From positions 164,548,001 to 164,612,000 of the forward strand of contig NC_042997.1 of NCBI RefSeq assembly GCF_006345805.1: a DNA stretch of 64,000 bases, given 5' to 3'. The notes beneath the pieces are model-generated. The model did no database searches, had not been told where the DNA came from, and was given only the letters and a program-made list of their open reading frames with translations. Origin of the DNA: Octopus sinensis (taxonomy: Eukaryota). Shown here in pieces: positions 37,438-50,630 of this stretch (position 1 is the first letter of the stretch; the number at the start of each line of letters is the position of its first letter). A program made the position numbers and the translations under genes.

Positions 37438-37501
<64 letters not shown>

Positions 37502-38220
37502 CCAGCCTGCCTGCCTGCCTGTCTGTCTGTCTCTCTATCTATCTATCTATTTACAGCTAGCTTGTTGGCTGTTTGAATATATACACACAGGAACATATGT
37601 ACCCTTAACATATTTAAATTAACATATGAAAAAAAGAAAAATCAGAGTACACTTATTTTTCAATATTAATTATTTCCATTTATTTAATCATGATTCAATC
37701 TATATATGAAGGGAAAAGAGAAATTTTTACTTTTATATGAATGATATTAGCCTAATGCAGTTACTGACTGTATCAATAATGACACAAAATGGATGTCATT
37801 TGATTTAAGAAATTGAAAAGCATATTTTTTCAACCTGAATGGAGTGTGTTCATTAAAGATTGAAATTAATATTCTTTTGGTTAGCTAAAATTTCTATTAA
37901 GAGAAGCACTTCTAGAAGGCATTTAATCTATAAGTTTGATGTTCATATTATGCAGACATTCTTCCCCACTTTTTTTTACAGTACCTTTTTCTGTATCTTT
38001 TACTCATTTTAGTCATTGTATTGTGGCCATGCTGGGGTACTGCCTTGAAGAGTTTTAGTGAAACAAACTGACCCCAGTACTTATTTTTAAGTAGGGTAAT
38101 TATTTTATTGACCTTCTTTTGTTACTGCTATGTTATGGGAACATAAACAAACCAACACCAGTCATCAAGTGATAGTGGGGCCAAACACATATACAAAGAA
38201 CACATGCACACAAACACACA

Positions 38221-38251
<31 letters not shown>

Positions 38252-38255
<4 letters not shown>

Positions 38256-38785
38256 TCATCATCATCATCGTTTAACATCCATTTTCCATGCTAGTATGGG
38301 ATGGACGGTTCGACTGGGGTCTGGGAGGCCAGGAGGCTGCACCAGGCTCCAGTTTGATCTGGCAGTGTTTCTACAGCTGGATGCCCTTCCTAACACCAAC
38401 CATTCCATGAGTGTAGTGGGTGCTTTTTATGTGCCACCAGCACAGGTGCCAGGGGAGGCTGGCAACGGCCACAATCGGTAGGTGCTCTTTACATGCAACC
38501 GGCACAGAAGCCAGTCAAGGCGGCGCTGGCATCGGCCACGTACGGATAGTGCTTTTTATGTGCCACCGGCACAGGTGCCAGGGGAGGCTGGCAATGACCA
38601 CGATTAGTTGGTGCTTTTTACATGCCACCGGCACGGAAACCAGTCAAGGCGGCGCTGGCATCGGCCACGTACGGATGGTGCTTTTTATGTGCCACCGGCA
38701 CAGGTATCACAACTACAATTTCCATTTGAATTTTTGATGTTGATGTACTTGACTCAATATGTATCCTCAAGCACAGCAGGTCAAC
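38252..38785 (-). mobile_element. Family D element with alternating internal units
   Basis: An ~119-bp dimer (two ~60-bp unit types) is repeated twice. Confidence 0.85.
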
Positions 38786-39034
38786 CAAAATACAGGAGGC
38801 AAGAACAACACTCCTAGGACAACTCAATATATCTAGTGGGACATTCCCTTCTTTAAGCATGTACTTGATGTGACACAAACTGCTCAGATTAATACAACAC
38901 AATTAGATGCACAATATCCTATCAATAACAGATTGTTGTCGGATGAGTTGAAATGATCATCGTTCTAAATAAAGACTAGTGCTAAATCTATCTTCCATTT
39001 CCTTCATTATATACATGCACACACACACATATAG

Positions 39035-39116
<82 letters not shown>

Positions 39117-39613
39117 TATTTATAAATGTATGTGTACAAATAACACGGAAAAAATAAATAAATAGCTACCAGGGTAGTAAAAATTCACATAAGTACCAAG
39201 GATGTAACAGCCTACTTACAAAGGTAGAAATTCCAGGGTTTAGTGAAATGTTTTTGTATAACATTTATAAATAAATAAATGGAGTTAAACACAGGTGTTA
39301 ATGAAATCTTTATACTTCTGACAAATACATATACTTCGAAGAAAACATTGGTATTATTCCAGAAAGAATAAAACAATGTAAAACAATGCAATCTTCTCAT
39401 CAGGGAAAAAAAGAGAAACAAAACACATCAAGAAGACATTTTAACCGAATGTGATTATTGCATATATGATGAAGGGAACACTGGTAAGTTATTTTTAAAG
39501 AAAAACCATTAATAGATATAACGTCAAAGGCAATTTATAGAAAGAGAAGGAGGAGGAAGAAAGAAATTAGGAGAAAACTAAGAGTGGAGAAATTTCTTCA
39601 CTCTTAGTTTTCT

Positions 39614-39744
<131 letters not shown>

Positions 39745-41529
39745 AACACAATACAATAGGATTCCAAACAGATTTTGTTTACCTAATTCACTCACAAGGC
39801 TTTAGTTGGTCCAGTGCTAGAGTGGGATTGAACTTGAAACCTCTTGGTTGCAAAGTAAGCTTAGAATTTTGTCCCACTATATATCTATATAATCATACAA
39901 TTTGCTCATTTTCTTGGATTTCATTTATGGAATACCATGATGTTGTCATGCACACATAAAAAAATAAAAGAAAATACTTGCCCATGATGTCACACTGGGA
40001 TCAAACCCAGGACTTCATGATTGCAAAGAGGACTTCTTAACCATTTAGCCATACTGTGTTTACACATATGTAACTGTTTGTTTACATTCTGGTTTCCTAT
40101 GCCAGCATGGGTTAGATGATTATATTACCGAGACAGTGTTTTACAGCTTGATGCTCTTCTTGTTACTAATCCTAACCTGTTTTTCAAGTAAGGCATCTCT
40201 TATTTCACACATCTTCAAAGGCACGAAGCCAGTGAACAAATTGTTGATGATAGCATTATCATTAATTAATGACAATGTATCAGGCAAATTTGAAGTAAAG
40301 TGCAAATGTAAACAAATTTAAGACCAAAGCTCTCTGCTGGCATTGTACCTTTGAAGATATGTGAAGAAAGAGATCTCTTACTTTTACAATAAGGGATCTA
40401 TCTATCTACCTGCTTGTCTGCCTGTTTGTCTATCAATGCACACATACACAAATATTAGTACACATGTAAACATTAACATACATACATGCAAATAAAGCAT
40501 ATATAAATACACACACTCACCTACACATAGACATATATAAAATTATGGCTCTCAGTTTGATCATTTGTATATATGTATATATGTGTATGAGTATGTACAT
40601 ACGTATGTACCTACCTGCCTACATGCATGCATGCATGCATACATACATACATACATACATACATACATACATACATACATACATACATACATACATACAT
40701 ACATACATACATACATACATACATACATACATACATACATACATACATACATACATGATAAACATGGCACAGGAGATGACAAATGACTGACAGAAAAACA
40801 GGGAGAATGAAAGCATGCTTAACCCTCATCAATTCTTGACTAAATATCATCACAGTTTTGACACAAAGTTATATGGTTTTAGAAGTTCACTTGCAGCTAA
40901 TGAGAGAGACTCTTTGTGAGAGTTCAACATACTGGAAAAAGCAGCTAACACTCCCTCAAATCCATACCAACACTGGATTCCCTTCACATAGGGAAAATGA
41001 GATGGCCATGACTGGAATGAGCTAAATAACTTTGATTCCTTGACTCATTCCTGGTCCAACTGACATCATTGCCCAACAATGTATTTAGTTATGGTTTTTC
41101 ACATTCTAAGATTATATCATTTTTTTAAAGTTTGATATTATTATTCATTCCTCTTGGGTCAATATTGCTGGTTTCAGTCAAGTACTGAGGTCATTGCAAG
41201 GTCAAAGAAATTGATTTCACTTCTTCCTAAAATACGGTGGCTTTGTGCCATATAAGAAGTCCATATTATTATGATTCACAGTAATCAGTGACAGAATCAT
41301 TACAGCACTGGACAGAATTCTATAAGCAATTTAGTTTGCATCAGTTTACATTTGTGTTTAAATTGTGCAGGAGTCAACCTTTCATCTGTCTCTCTCAGCC
41401 TATCTCTGTCTCTGTCTGTCATTCACTCTCTCCCCCTTCTTTTTTCAAAAGTTCTAATCAAATTCTAGAGATGATTTTCTAATAAACATTCTCTCACCCC
41501 AAATATGGCCTTGTGCTAATATTTTAACC

Positions 41530-41800
41530 AACAGAAGGGCCAGTCCTTGTTGCAGTAGGGTGACTTGTGTGCCTCAAAGATCCAGAAAGCAATACCAGTA
41601 GAGTGCAAGCCTCTGGCAGAGCCTCCCATGCTAGAAATGTCAAAAGACAGAGGTCACACTAATAGAATTTGTGTAGGGTCAAAACACTAACCTAGAAAAA
41701 ACAAAGTTACAGAAGCATTGATGACATTTTAAAACCAGCCAAAACCTGGGAGAGGAAGGATTGATAATCTAGAGTTGAGAACATTAGAGAAAAGCTGTCA
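41530..41800 (+). mobile_element. Possible RTE-clade 5' UTR remnant
   Basis: CCTTGTTGCAGTAGGGTGACTTGTGTGCCTCAAAGATCC...CTGGCAGAGCCTCCCATGCTAGA resembles, from memory, RTE/Expander-type 5' UTRs. Confidence 0.4.
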
Positions 41801-41879
41801 ATAGCTTATACTTCATAGGTAGTGAAGTGCTTAATTCAATCCACTAATACTCTTAGAAACAATCTAGATGAAAGACAAC

Positions 41880-42339
41880 TGAAACTGTAGTCCAAGTGAA
41901 ACCGTAGTTGTGGCTGTTGTTCGTTAAGCCAAGTGAAATTGTAGTCATGGCTGTTGCCAATGTCTGAGAAATCGTAGTCGTGGCCATTGCCAGATTCATG
42001 TAAATGGCACTCATGCTGGTGGCATGTAAAAAGCACCCATTACACTCTTGGAGTTGTTGGCGTTAGGAAGGGTATCCAACTGTAGAAATCAAGCCATATC
42101 AGACTGGAACCTGGTACAGGTTGTTGCCAGTACCGCCTGTCTGGCCCCCATGCAGGTGGCACGTAAAAAGCACCCACTACACTCTCGGAGTGGTTGGCGT
42201 TAGGAAGGGCATCCAGCTGTAGAAACTCTGCCAGATCAAAACTGGAGCCTGGTGCAGCCATATGGTTGCCAGCCCTCAGTCAAAATCGTCTAACCCATGC
42301 TAGCATGGAAAACGGACGTTAAATGACGATGATGATGAT
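41880..42339 (+). mobile_element. Family D element with duplicated body segment
   Basis: The CACCCA.TACACTCT.GGAGT.GTTGGCGTTAGGAAGGG block occurs twice. Confidence 0.85.
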
Positions 42340-42664
42340 TCAAACTGACAAAAGTTGACCATGCCTTTCATTCCTGTGGAGTTGCTGTCTTTGTTTAGCA
42401 TCAGGTAAACCCTGACTTATCAGCCCTATTGAAGGTGTTTTAGACATGACCATCCTCTCATTTCCCTATTGCTATAAACTCAGGACCACATTAATTGCAT
42501 TCATCTAATGTGTCCCTTTTTTTTTAACAAGGACACACCAGATCTGGGGGAAATTTAAGCTGCTTGGACGATTTACTTAACTAGATACTTTCCTCACAAA
42601 TGTTTGGTTTTGTACCAATAATATTTAAAATACCATTATCATTACCATCATTATCATCATCACC

Positions 42665-42700
<36 letters not shown>

Positions 42701-43129
42701 GTCCAACTGTTCATCACTCTGAACTTTGCTAATATCCAATTTTCTCATTCACTAATTACTGCCTTTTTTCTCCTCTTTTCCTGTTCTCCAATGTTTCCCC
42801 TTTCTTTTCCTTATTTCGCTCGTCATGTTAGTAATTTCCTATAATTTTATATTCTTTATCATTAAGAACCACTTATTTTTTCTATTTCTTCTTTATATTT
42901 TTCCAGCTCCAATCAAGTTTTCCCCTACCCTTTTTTTCCCATTATTTATTTCAATTTATTTCCTTTTTATCATTCCATTCCCCCTCATAGTCCTCATTCA
43001 TTTCCTTCCTTCTTCCAGAATTTTCCTCTATCTATACACTCATTTTTTTACCTATTTTTTTTTACTCCAAGTTCTCCCTTTTCTCTTGTTAGTTTTTCTT
43101 ATCCAAGTCCTTGCAACACAAATCATTTT

Positions 43130-43460
43130 ATCTTTTCTTCTTCTTCTTCTTCTCTTCTTCTTCTTCATCCTGTTCTTCTTCTTCTTCTTCTTCTTCATCA
43201 TCCTTTTCTTCTTCCTCTTCTTCTTCTTCATCATCCTTTTCTTCTTCTTCCTCTTCTTCTTCATCATCATCCTTTTCTTTTTCTTCCTCTTCTTCTTCTT
43301 CATCATCCTTTTCTTCTTCTTCCTCTTCTTCTTCATCATCATCCTTTTCTTCTTCTTCCTCTTCTTCTTCATCATCCTTTTCTTCTTCTTCTTCATCCTT
43401 TTCTTCTTCTTCTTCTTCTTCTTCTTCTTCATCATCCTTTTCTTCTTCTTCTTCTTCTCT
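43130..43460. repeat. Higher-order (TTC/TCA/TCC) trinucleotide minisatellite
   Basis: ~33-39-bp unit CATCATCCTTT(TCT)nTCC(TCT)n repeated about eight times. Confidence 0.9.
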
Positions 43461-43959
43461 CCTCACAATTTATTCCTTTTCTGCTATTTCCACCTACAGT
43501 ACTAACAGAACTCAATAATCTAATCTACTCTAGATGCAATATAAGCATTTCTGCTGATATCAATTATTACAGTTTTTCCAACTCCATTCTGTTTCCTATG
43601 AGACTTCACATGCATGATGACAAAGAGGGAGCTACAGAGTGAGAGAAAGAAGCAGAGAGGAAAATACAACTGAGAGAGAGAGAGATGGGACAGAGAGGGG
43701 GAAAGAGAAAGAGAGAAAGAGAAAGTGGGAAAGAGAGAAAGGGGAAGGACAGAAACTCAAAGAAAAGGTGCACGTTAGTATGCTTGTGTGTGTATGTGTG
43801 TGTGTGAGTGAGTGTGTGTGTGTGTGTGGTGGGGTATTGTTCACATGCATAATTATATATGGAAACCTATATCTAAAATGCACATGGGTGCTACAATATT
43901 TTCCTATGCCCAGAAAATATATCTTTATGCATATATATAGCGGATGTTAAACGATGATG

Positions 43960-43992
<33 letters not shown>

Positions 43993-44112
43993 TGTGTATA
44001 TATATATGTGTACATATATATACATATGCATACATATATATATATATGCATATATATATATATATACACACATACATAACATATATATATATATACATGC
44101 ATATACATACAT

Positions 44113-44143
<31 letters not shown>

Positions 44144-44340
44144 CAAACATACACATACATATATATATATATACACACACACATAACATATATATATATA
44201 TACAAACATACACATACATATATAGATAGATATACATATACATACACACACATGTACATATATACAGACAAACATATATATATGTATATGTATAAACATG
44301 TATATATATGTGTGTGTGTGTGTGCACACACACACACAGA
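43960..44340. repeat. Complex (TA)/(CA) microsatellite field; similar fields near 35.7-36.1, 39.0, 39.6, 40.6, 50.7, 56.8 and 58.1 kb
   Basis: Directly visible low-complexity runs. Confidence 0.95.
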
Positions 44341-44896
44341 GTCATATATACATATTGGTATATCTATATCATTGTAAACAGCTACAACTGCAAAGGAGAT
44401 GTCTAAGAGAGCAGTAACTATAAAGGAATCAAACGACTGGATCAGGTTATGAAGGTCAAGGAGAATCATAGCACAATTGATCCTTTACAGAGTAGAGCTA
44501 GTGTGGTTTCATGCCTGACAAGAGATACTACAAATGCAATCTTCGTAGTGAAGCAACTGCAAGAGAAGATATTTGACTAAGAATAAACTTCTATCCCATC
44601 ACTACAACAGTTTAGAGAGGCATTTGATAGGGTAACATTTAATAATTTGATGACCATTGAAGAACATGCAGATGAATTGAGGACATGCAGATGAATGTCT
44701 CATAAGGGCTGTATAAGCTATGTCTAAAGATTAAATAAATTAAGTGAGAGTTGACAACAATTACAGTGACAAATTTAGAGTGAGGGTAGGAGTACATCAG
44801 TGTTCAGTCCTGAGTTCTTGTCTGTTCATCATAGCTCTACTGATCATCACATAAGTTTAAGGTTGAATATTCACAGGAACTTTTACATGCTGATGA

Positions 44897-45941
44897 ATTT
44901 TCTTTGTCTTCAAATGCATTTCGGTATTTTACTTCTTTTTAGTAAATCGTTTAACAGTGCTCTCAATTTATGCATATTTGGAATATACCACTGATAGTAA
45001 TTTACTAGGCCAAGGAAAGCTAGTAATGTCAGTATATTCATTGGAGGAAGCATGTTCTTGATTGTGTCTACCCTTGATGGGTCAAGACGTCTTCAGCCCT
45101 TATCTGTGATTTGACCAAGGTATTTTATTTTAGGCAAAAAAAATTCACTCTTCTCTTCACTGAGTGTGAAATCATAATCCTTAATTTTTTTTAAAGACAC
45201 GCTTCACGTGTTCGATATGCTCATTCTGCAATTCGTTTTTGATTAACACATCATTAAGATAAGAAATAGCAAATTGGCAGTCTGCCCACATTGCGTCCAT
45301 CCCCTGTTGAAATATTGCAGGTGCTACCTTCAGTCCGAAAGGTAGTCTATTGTATTTGTATAGACCTCTGTGTGTGCTGACTGCTAACAGCTTTGAGCAT
45401 TTTCTATCTATTTTGATTTGTAGATATGCATCAGATAGACTGAGTTTTGAGAATATTTTAGTTTTGTAAAAATACCTTCTAGGGTCGGTGGAAGACACTT
45501 GAAGATCTCAGGTGTAAGTTCTTTGAGCTTAAAACTTTCACACATCCTGTTGACCCTGCATATGTGATAAAATCATCGTTCGCTTTTCTCGCTACATTCC
45601 AACACTCCATTTGTCTGTTAAATAGAGAAGTCTTATCACCGAGTATGTCAGATGCAAAAGTTATACCCTCCTCTGGGTTATAACTGAATTCATTAATCGA
45701 GTTCAAAACACCATCTGGCGAAAACGAACATACCTCATTTTTGGACTTCTTTGTATATAGGTCCAATAATTGTTGTTGTAGTTGTTGCTGTAATAGTTGC
45801 TTCTGCAACTCCTGTTGCTGCTCTTATTGTTGCTTTTGCAAATGTACTACGGAAGCTAATATGTCTTCCATTATTTAACAAGTTGTATCACAAACAAATT
45901 GTTAAATAACCTACTTGAGCTTTGAAACCCTCGTCGCCAGA
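44897..45941 (-). mobile_element. Ty3/Gypsy (Mag-like) internal region: PBS, gag N-terminus fused by deletion to RT
   Basis: PBS TGGCGACGAGG (45929-45939) complementary to the tRNA-Ser(GCU) 3' end; RT FSKL.LSDAYLQ...THRGLYKYNRLPFGLKVAPAIFQ...YLND; FLGLVNYY. Confidence 0.9.
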
Positions 45942-46208
45942 TGTTGTATTGCAATTGTTACGTACAATAAATAAGATAACCAGACAACAGTAAAAACAAT
46001 GTAAAGGACTAACAAATATCTTTACGAACCAACAATCAATATTCCTTGTGAACTAATCAACCGACAACTTTTAACTTCACTTCGAACTAACATGAACTTC
46101 ACTTGACTCTGGACTCTGAACCTCGAACTCACTCAGACCATTGCTATTTATACTTTACTCGGACCAGTCTATCTCTTGCAAGGTGATGTCATAATTCTCA
46201 TCACAACA
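45942..46208 (-). mobile_element. 5' LTR (267 bp) of the Gypsy element
   Basis: TGTTGT...ACAACA termini, internal TATAAATA, PBS 2 nt downstream. Confidence 0.85.
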
Positions 46209-47199
46209 GTAATATAATTAGCAAGGGAGATGGTTGCTCTAAAAGTATAGTAGTAAGGTTATGAACTGGTTAGAAAAAGTTCAGAGAGCTTCTCCTGCTG
46301 TTGGCAACACAGGCCTTTTCTTTCAAGTGAAGGGCAGATTGTATGACACCTGTGTTAAAACTGTGATGTTGCATGGTAGTAAGACATAGACCTTGAATGC
46401 AAAGGACTTGAGGAGATGAGAAAGAAATGGAGCATGCTCCACGAGTTGTGCTACAAAAGTGTGCATAAATGACATGGTACAAATGTGCTGAGAGAAAAAT
46501 TGAATATAAGAGGAATTGGATGTAGTGTGCAAAAAGAAGATTGCTCTGGTATGGTCATGCCATGTGTGTGAAGAGGAGAGCAGTATAAAGACATGTCAAT
46601 TGCTTAATGTGGATGGAGCTTGGAGAAGAAGGAGACCCAGAAATACATGAGATAAAGTGGTGAAAGCTGACCTTGAACTTCGTAGAAGAGATGAAAAAGA
46701 ACTGTGATGACTGGCAATGTATAGTTCTCAAGAAAACCTGCCCAGTTCAGTGAAACTAAGTTCTGGAAATGCTCTTCATCTCTCTAACTGCTTTTTTGCC
46801 TTGATATCACCAATGTTTCTCACAACTCAGAACCATTTCACTTGATACCTATTCTTAAAATTGTCCTCTCTGCCCACATTTTAGAGAGATGTAGGGTGGA
46901 GTTAACAGATGCACGATGGTGGGGAGTGAGAGGGGATGGCTAAAACAAGGATGAAAGATAAATACAGGTGGGAGTTGATGATCGTAGGACTGAAGGATGG
47001 ATGTCAACACTAAATGGCTCAAGGGAAGAGACTCAGTTGTGTGGTAAGGAAAGGAAAAGGGAAAAGAAAAAGAAGCAGCTATTGTAGACTGAGCAGAAAC
47101 ATTAGGCAAGGAACCAAGTATGAATATATATCATGTTTTCATAACCTCAGATGCATACATACATAATGTACATACAAGTTATGCTTCCAGAAATTCAGT

Positions 47200-47965
47200 C
47201 ACACTGTGCTTACAAGGTTAGGTGGGTCTTTTTGAGCTCTACATATATCTGATCATCTCAGTCTTTTGTCATCTTTTTCATGTGGCACAACACCTTCTCC
47301 ACTTCTCCACTTCATCCTACATCTTCCCAAGTTTCCTTCTTCCACAAGATCTATCTACTGTAAGCAATGAACGATTCTTCATTCAGTTATCCTTATCTAT
47401 ATGCATAACATGACCAAACCAATGCAGTCTTGTCTCTTGCACATTACATCTGATTCCTTCTATACCCAATTCTTCACTCAGCACATTTGTACTTTGTCTT
47501 TCAAACACACTGACATTGTACATCCAGTGAAGCATGCTTATTTCATTTCTTTCTAGTCTTTGAAGGTCATCTGTATTGAGGGCCCATGTCTCCTTAACAT
47601 GTAGTATTGCAGCTTCTACACAGAACATACAATCTATCTTTCACTCTCAGAGAGAAACCTTTTGGTGCCAACAGAGATAAAAGCTCCCTGAACTTTCTCT
47701 AGCCTGTTCTTACTTTAGCCACAATATTTTCAGAACACCCACCTTCATTGATAATTAGGTTGCTCAGGAAACTGAAGCTTTTATTACCTCTAGGGGTTCT
47801 CCCAGGCAACTGAGAACATTTATTTTCTATGTACTCTTACTACTTATTATTTCTGTGCAGTTGATACATACAAAATCTGCTTTCTGTGTTAACCTATCCA
47901 TGATTCTACTGCACCTCTTGTGTGTCTATAGCTTGTGTTGAGTACATCATGCCCAATTTCTACAC
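47200..47965 (-). mobile_element. Decayed RTE-clade LINE 3' portion with a Cys/His insert in the RT
   Basis: ETWALNTDDLQRLERNE...RLHWFGHV; upstream CTQHKL*THKRCS...FVCINC. Confidence 0.85.
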
Positions 47966-48559
47966 ACACACACACACACACACACAAGAAGAAGGGTAAT
48001 GTGGACAATAATGAGTGATCCACAATTGCCAGTATCTAATTACAATGGACATGTGAATAGTAATTTGGGTGTAGAACCATAAAAATAAAGAAAATAACAG
48101 AGAAGAGGAAAGATGATAGTGAAAGTAATAACAACAACCGCAACAATAATAATAAGAAGAAAGTAATAATTACAGTACTACTACTACTATTAATAATAGT
48201 AACACATGGGCATGGGAATCAGGAGGAAGTAGTGCTATTGTCATCTCAAATTTGTGCAAATTTTTTGTAAATCCAAAGGAAAAAATAGTGAAACTAAGAT
48301 ACACGAATTTTAACAATGATGGCAAATTGCTTGCTAACACTCGGCCAATATTGTTGAATTAACAATCATCTTAAATTTGTTACAGTTAAATTTGGAATGG
48401 AATGCAAGGAAGAGTGAGGAGTAGAGAATATAACTCCATGCTTTTATTCCTTCTGGTTAACTCCTTTCTGACACTCCAGTTTCATTTTCATCTCTTACAG
48501 AAAAATCCTTGATCTTTATATTTAGATTCTGATGTAACAATGTTTTTAAAGTGTAAAGC

Positions 48560-49490
48560 AGAACACACTGACTATAAAATCTGTTTTACAGTAATTTCAG
48601 TCAACACTATATGTGGGTGTTCTTCCCTCAATGCATGGCTTGTCAGGCACCAAACTGAAATTATGGTAAAATGAAAGCTAAAAAACAAAAAAAAAAAAAG
48701 GAAAGAAAAATCTCACAAAAGGTTTAATCATCATCATATCAAATGTTCAGAATGCAGTAAGCAAACAGACTGTGATTACAAAAAAAGACTTCATCGTATT
48801 ATGACTGTTTATGCCTGTCAGACTGTGACTTTTAGTTCAGTGCTTGAAAATCACAACAAACATTGAGTGCATTTTTTTATATAAAACATCCCATGCCTAA
48901 TCTTTCAGGTAAAGGAAAAAATGATAATGATAAACATATTAAAAGTAATAATAACCAACATGAACTCACAAACTAGTGCTACTAACAGCTTTCTCAGCAG
49001 TGGTGCTCAGGATATTACAAAAACATTTTGAGTATCTACAGAGCCAAACTTCTCTGAATCTGATGAATATTTTGCATGATGAATTTAATGATGAAGTGAA
49101 TGTGATCCATGAATCCCCTTTGGCTCTGAAGGACTATATCATGAAAAATAGGTCAAATCAGTCAATTTTGATTCATTATAAAGTGAAAGAATTTGGTAAG
49201 GCATCAAATTTGAGAGATTTGAAGAGTGAGCAATTTGAACTTCCCTCTTAGCTTGCTAATGACATTCACAAATGTCAAACTTTGTTTTTATCCATGAAAA
49301 GTGTTAATATATAGTAACAATTTTACTTTTGAAAACTAGAAGAAAACAAACAAGTGAGCAGCAAGCATTAAAAGTAGGTGTTAGGTCACGCTGAATACTA
49401 TATACAAACAGCAAGTAGTGCAGAACCAAGAGTACGTGAAAAGTATTACTGAAACTCTATTGTTCAATGTTCAGTACAACAGTTGCTCGA
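48560..49490 (+). pseudogene. Possible decayed hAT (Charlie/Buster-like) transposase
   Basis: Scattered motif resemblance only (LHR..F..L, LS.GK, SMFSTT); ORF remnant 48976-49251. Confidence 0.35.
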
Positions 49491-50149
49491 TAAGGTCATA
49501 GAGAGGACCACAAGAGCGAGTCAGAGACTTTACAACTTTCTAGAAGTTAGTCCCAAATGACCACTGTGCATCACAGTTTGCAGAGAACAAACCTCAGAGT
49601 ATAACAATGTGGTCCAGAGGTTACTAAGAAATAAAATCTGGGGTGGGGCAAATACCTCATATCATGAAAATATTGCATAACATGACAAATGATTGAAATG
49701 TCAAAAATATACAGATGGCAATGTATTAATATCTGAATGCAATTTGTGATTTTTGTGGAATTCCATATAAAATTGTAATGTTGTTAACTAACGAGTATAC
49801 ATTTACAACAAAGAGCCATTGCAACTCACATAGTATATGAAAAAAATTAGAAAATTAAACAGAAAAGCAATAATTGACAAAACTATTTATCTTTCTTTTA
49901 ATTATTTCAGTTATTAGACTGCAGCCATGCAGGGACACCATCTAGAAGGATTCACATGAATTAATTGATCTCAGTACTTATTTTTTAAGTTTAGTGCTTA
50001 CTTTGTAGGTCTCTTTTGCCAACCTGCTAAGTTATAAGGATGTAAACAAACCAACACCAGTTGTCAAGCAATGATTGGGGTACAAACACTAACATGATGA
50101 CACACATATACACAAAGTGGAATAGAGGGGGGAAGTGATGGAAATAAGG

Positions 50150-50630
50150 GGGTAAAGGAGTAGGTCAAGTTGGGGCACACTGTGAATATTTGCTGAGACA
50201 TGAGTGCTGAAATCTTGAAGAGAATAAGGGCAAGATGGAAGGCATTTATCTCAATGAAGGATTTACTCAAAGTGAAGACCAAACACACCAGACTCTTCAA
50301 TAGCACTGTCCTACATGTGCTCTTCTACATAAGTGAGATGTGGGTTATTATGAAGGGGAAACAACATCAAGTGGCTGTGAAGCAAAAGCTCATGGAAAGA
50401 TCCAGGCTTGGAATATCGTTATGAGAGCTTATTCAAAATGAGATAATTTGAGAATGGAAAGGAGTGAATGGTGTGATCACAGAATATTGAAAGCCCAAGT
50501 TCTGCCAGGTCAAGTATGTTGTAAGGTACACAGACAACCTGTAGATCTGTACACTACAGTTGCTGAGTGGTATCAGCAACTGATCAGAAAAGGCCATTTG
50601 GAAAGACTCCATGACAATGGGAAAATAGTT
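50150..50630 (+). mobile_element. RTE-clade LINE C-terminal remnant
   Basis: EILKRIRARWKAF...RLFNSTVL.VL.Y.SE.W...MER..LGISL. Confidence 0.75.

Larger units (their letters stand above)
44360..46760 (+). mobile_element. Decayed RTE-clade LINE RT, interrupted by a Gypsy fragment at 44897-46208
   Basis: GFMP..TTNAIFVVKQLQEK, AFDRV, VRVGVHQ, ELLHAD; resumes at 46209 with GCSKSI...KKFRELL...KGRLYDTCV...MLHGS.T. Confidence 0.85.

Noticed and set aside
42825-43518. Longest ORFs (226 aa Phe-rich, poly-Ser, Lys-rich, Glu/Asp-rich)
   Set aside because: All frames are open only because of the trinucleotide repeat; no splice or homology support.
43891-44469. ORFs rich in YI, CV, HT or MYVC repeats here and at 35.7-37.6, 39.6, 40.6, 50.7 and 56.8 kb
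   Set aside because: Translations of (TA)n, (CA)n, (CATA)n and (GCCT)n microsatellites.
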